Virus record (IMG/VR): IMGVR_UViG_2563366923_000002
Span: 1-7,940 of that record
Source: a virus
Taxonomy: Duplodnaviria > Heunggongvirae > Uroviricota > Caudoviricetes
Reading direction: 5' to 3' (one strand)
DNA: 7,940 bases
Shown here: positions 6,480-7,940 of the stretch, piece by piece
How the letters are laid out: each line of letters opens with the position of its first letter
How positions within the stretch are numbered: position 1 is the first letter of the stretch
Notes under the pieces: generated by a model
The model's database searches: none
Told to the model about the DNA's origin: nothing
What the model saw: only the letters and a program-made list of their open reading frames with translations
Translations under genes and position numbers: made by a program

Positions 6480-7484
6480 TTACTGCCCCAAAGATGGAAG
6501 ATATCCGTAGCGATTAATGAAGTCGATTGACAGCTCGGGGTGCTGCTTCAGGTAATCTATAGAAGCCTGAGGCGCTTCCACTCGCTTGATACCGTTTTGC
6601 TGAACGTACTTACCAACCGCCTCATTACGCTTCTGGTTGAGCGTGTTCAGGATGACGCCAGCGTTGCGACGAAAGGACTCCTCGCTCTGCGAGTTCTGCA
6701 GCGAACCAACAGCCTGGTCGAGCTTTTTGCCCTCGGCATCAGAAAGTGCGCCCATGCCTCGCATGGCCTGAACCGCTGTCAGGTATGCTTGTGATTTAAA
6801 GGTATCAAGTCGTGCCTGAGTGTCTGCAGCCTGTGAGCCTGGAACGTTGGGGATTACTCCACGTAAGCCTGTAATGCTCTTAAGTGAAGGAGAACTAACG
6901 ATATCGTTCAGAGTGAACATGCTGGTTGTGATGGTGTTGATGCCGTCTTTGTAGCCATCATTTAGCGCTTGCTGCTTCTGCTGCAACTGCTGGTTGTTGG
7001 CTGCTATGCGGCTCTGTATTTCCTGGCGCTTCAGGTCGTTAGTTTCTGCTGATAGCATCCGGTCAAGGCGCTTATTTTCGTTGTTAATGCGGTTTGTTTC
7101 TGCGTCCAGGTTAATGCGCTGCTGACCTAAATTCGCCTGGATATCTTGTCCGCGCATTGTGATTGCCTGATTCCGAGCGGCGGTTTGCGAATCCAGATCC
7201 TGACCGCGCATGGTAACCTGTCGACCCTGCATTTTATCCTGTAGGTCAAAGTATTTTTCGGGCCCGAGACTGTTCATCCCCAGGTGATCGACAAATTCGC
7301 CGAACTGCCGCGGGTTCTGTTGGTACATCTGAGCGACGTCATGAGGATTAACGCCAACACGAGCTAACTCACCGGCGTTGTTTTGCAGCCATGATTGCAT
7401 TGCTTCTGGAGAAGATGACGCAAGACGTGCGCCAGCCGCTAATGTACCGATAGAATTACGCTGGTCTTCATCAATGAATCCCAT
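6480..7484 (-). CDS. Putative virion/ejection protein, Gln/Asn-rich with coiled-coil-like repeats, 334 aa; start uncertain, possibly 5'-truncated
   Basis: Long ORF tightly coupled to the downstream SLT gene. Contains a tandem peptide repeat (VTMRGQDLDSQTAARNQ / AITMRGQDIQANLGQQR). The ATG at 7484 has only AGG one nt upstream, and the frame stays open a further 24 codons to a stop at 7557-7559 with no alternative start. Confidence 0.6.
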   Translation of the reverse strand: MGFIDEDQRNSIGTLAAGARLASSSPEAMQSWLQNNAGELARVGVNPHDVAQMYQQNPRQFGEFVDHLGMNSLGPEKYFDLQDKMQGRQVTMRGQDLDSQTAARNQAITMRGQDIQANLGQQRINLDAETNRINNENKRLDRMLSAETNDLKRQEIQSRIAANNQQLQQKQQALNDGYKDGINTITTSMFTLNDIVSSPSLKSITGLRGVIPNVPGSQAADTQARLDTFKSQAYLTAVQAMRGMGALSDAEGKKLDQAVGSLQNSQSEESFRRNAGVILNTLNQKRNEAVGKYVQQNGIKRVEAPQASIDYLKQHPELSIDFINRYGYLPSLGQ

Positions 7485-7606
7485 GCCTTTACGAACGGAT
7501 TCAATCTGGTCTGGATATTGAGTATACCCCTCCGAATGAGACTCAACAAGCTGGAGCTAGACTACCAGCCACCACACCACCAAAGCTAACTGACAGGAGA
7601 ATCCAG

Positions 7607-7692
7607 ATGGATGCACAAACACGCCGCCGCGAACGTCGCGCAGAGAAACAGGCTCAATGGAAAGCAGCAAATCCCCTGTTGGTTGGGGTACT
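7607..7692 (+). pseudogene. N: 5' fragment of a lambda-type N antiterminator gene (arginine-rich boxB-binding peptide), diverging after about codon 28
   Basis: AGGAG at 7595-7599 with 7-nt spacing to the ATG at 7607. Translation MDAQTRRRERRAEKQAQWKAANPLLVGV equals the N-terminus of phage lambda N as I recall it, then continues as unrelated LIQYQRENALCVMQMWCPRTRKTN with a stop at 7763-7765. No nutL boxB hairpin found upstream. Confidence 0.7.
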
Positions 7693-7712
7693 CATTCAGT
7701 ATCAGAGGGAAA

Positions 7713-7940
7713 ATGCGCTATGTGTCATGCAAATGTGGTGCCCAAGGACCAGAAAAACGAACTAAATCTGAAGCGATTTCTTCATGGAATAGTCGAATGA
7801 AAGTATGGGTTTATGATCCAGAAACCATATTAAACGCTGAAGAGCGCAGGAGAACGGAAGTCTATATTCATAACCTTAATGAAGATGGATTTACACCAGT
7901 GCTTGTAAAGGCTACTCCGCAGGAGGTTACCGGCGTGTAA
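7713..7940 (+). CDS. Small protein with Lar-like (restriction alleviation family) C-terminal motif, 75 aa from the ATG at 7713; possibly a truncated or degenerate family member
   Basis: VSCKCGAQGPEKRTKSEAISSWNSR resembles the second zinc-knuckle and C-terminal region of Lar-family proteins (C..CGA.GP...EAI.AWN.R, recalled consensus), but the first CPFCG knuckle is absent. AGAGGG lies 4-5 nt before the ATG. The ORF-track version starts at 7611 and overlaps the N fragment in another frame, so that upstream part is probably not real. Stop TAA at 7938-7940. Confidence 0.4.
   Translation: MRYVSCKCGAQGPEKRTKSEAISSWNSRMKVWVYDPETILNAEERRRTEVYIHNLNEDGFTPVLVKATPQEVTGV

Larger units (their letters stand above)
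1..7940. mobile_element. Integrase-proximal end of a P22/Sf6-like prophage (int, O-antigen-modifying acyltransferase, tailspike, Mnt, virion/ejection genes), probably partly decayed and mosaic
   Basis: Gene content and order int -> conversion gene -> convergent tailspike -> mnt -> ejection-type genes is the arrangement known for Sf6-type phages and argW prophages. Sharp compositional shifts and a lambda-like fragment at the right end suggest mosaicism. Neither att site is inside the window. Confidence 0.75.

Noticed and set aside
6195-6794. Plus-strand ORFs of 87 aa and 84 aa antisense to the two virion genes
   Set aside because: Antisense to long supported ORFs, with no start signals or recognisable domains.
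7611-7712. N-terminal part of the 109-aa ORF-track ORF (MHKHAAANVAQRNRLNGKQQIPCWLGYSFSIRGK)
   Set aside because: This stretch is the lambda N-like sequence read in the wrong frame; the ATG at 7607 with the well-spaced AGGAG is the authentic N start. Only the part downstream of about 7693 is plausibly coding in this frame.
1-7940. tRNA, rRNA, CRISPR array or attachment-site core repeats
   Set aside because: No cloverleaf-like or repeat-spacer structure was recognisable by eye. The window begins exactly at the int start codon, so the expected tRNA-associated attL lies outside it and cannot be assessed.

Overview
The window reads as the integrase-proximal end of a P22/Sf6-type temperate podophage prophage, probably a decayed mosaic one. 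All homology calls are from reading the six-frame translations against remembered protein families; no searches or computations were run. Left to right: a P4-family tyrosine integrase (matches E. coli IntS as I recall it; the argW attachment site would lie upstream, outside the window); a very AT-rich acyltransferase-3 membrane protein (O-antigen acetylase-like, lysogenic conversion); a convergent tailspike gene on the minus strand with a P22 gp9-like head-binding N-terminus and a low-GC beta-helix receptor-binding C-terminus, split into two ORFs by a single-base frame break inside an A7 tract; a divergent Mnt-like ribbon-helix-helix repressor with no arc/ant partners; a tiny hydrophobic ORF with a strong Shine-Dalgarno; two minus-strand virion genes (one with an N-terminal lytic transglycosylase domain, one Gln-rich with unclear start); and, at the right edge, the first ~28 codons of a lambda N antiterminator joined out of frame to a Lar-like small ORF. 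The most interesting points are the tailspike frameshift at a perfect slippery heptamer, the orphan Mnt facing the tailspike across a palindrome, the low-GC receptor-recognition/modification pair, and the lambda N mosaic junction. No tRNA, rRNA or CRISPR array was seen.
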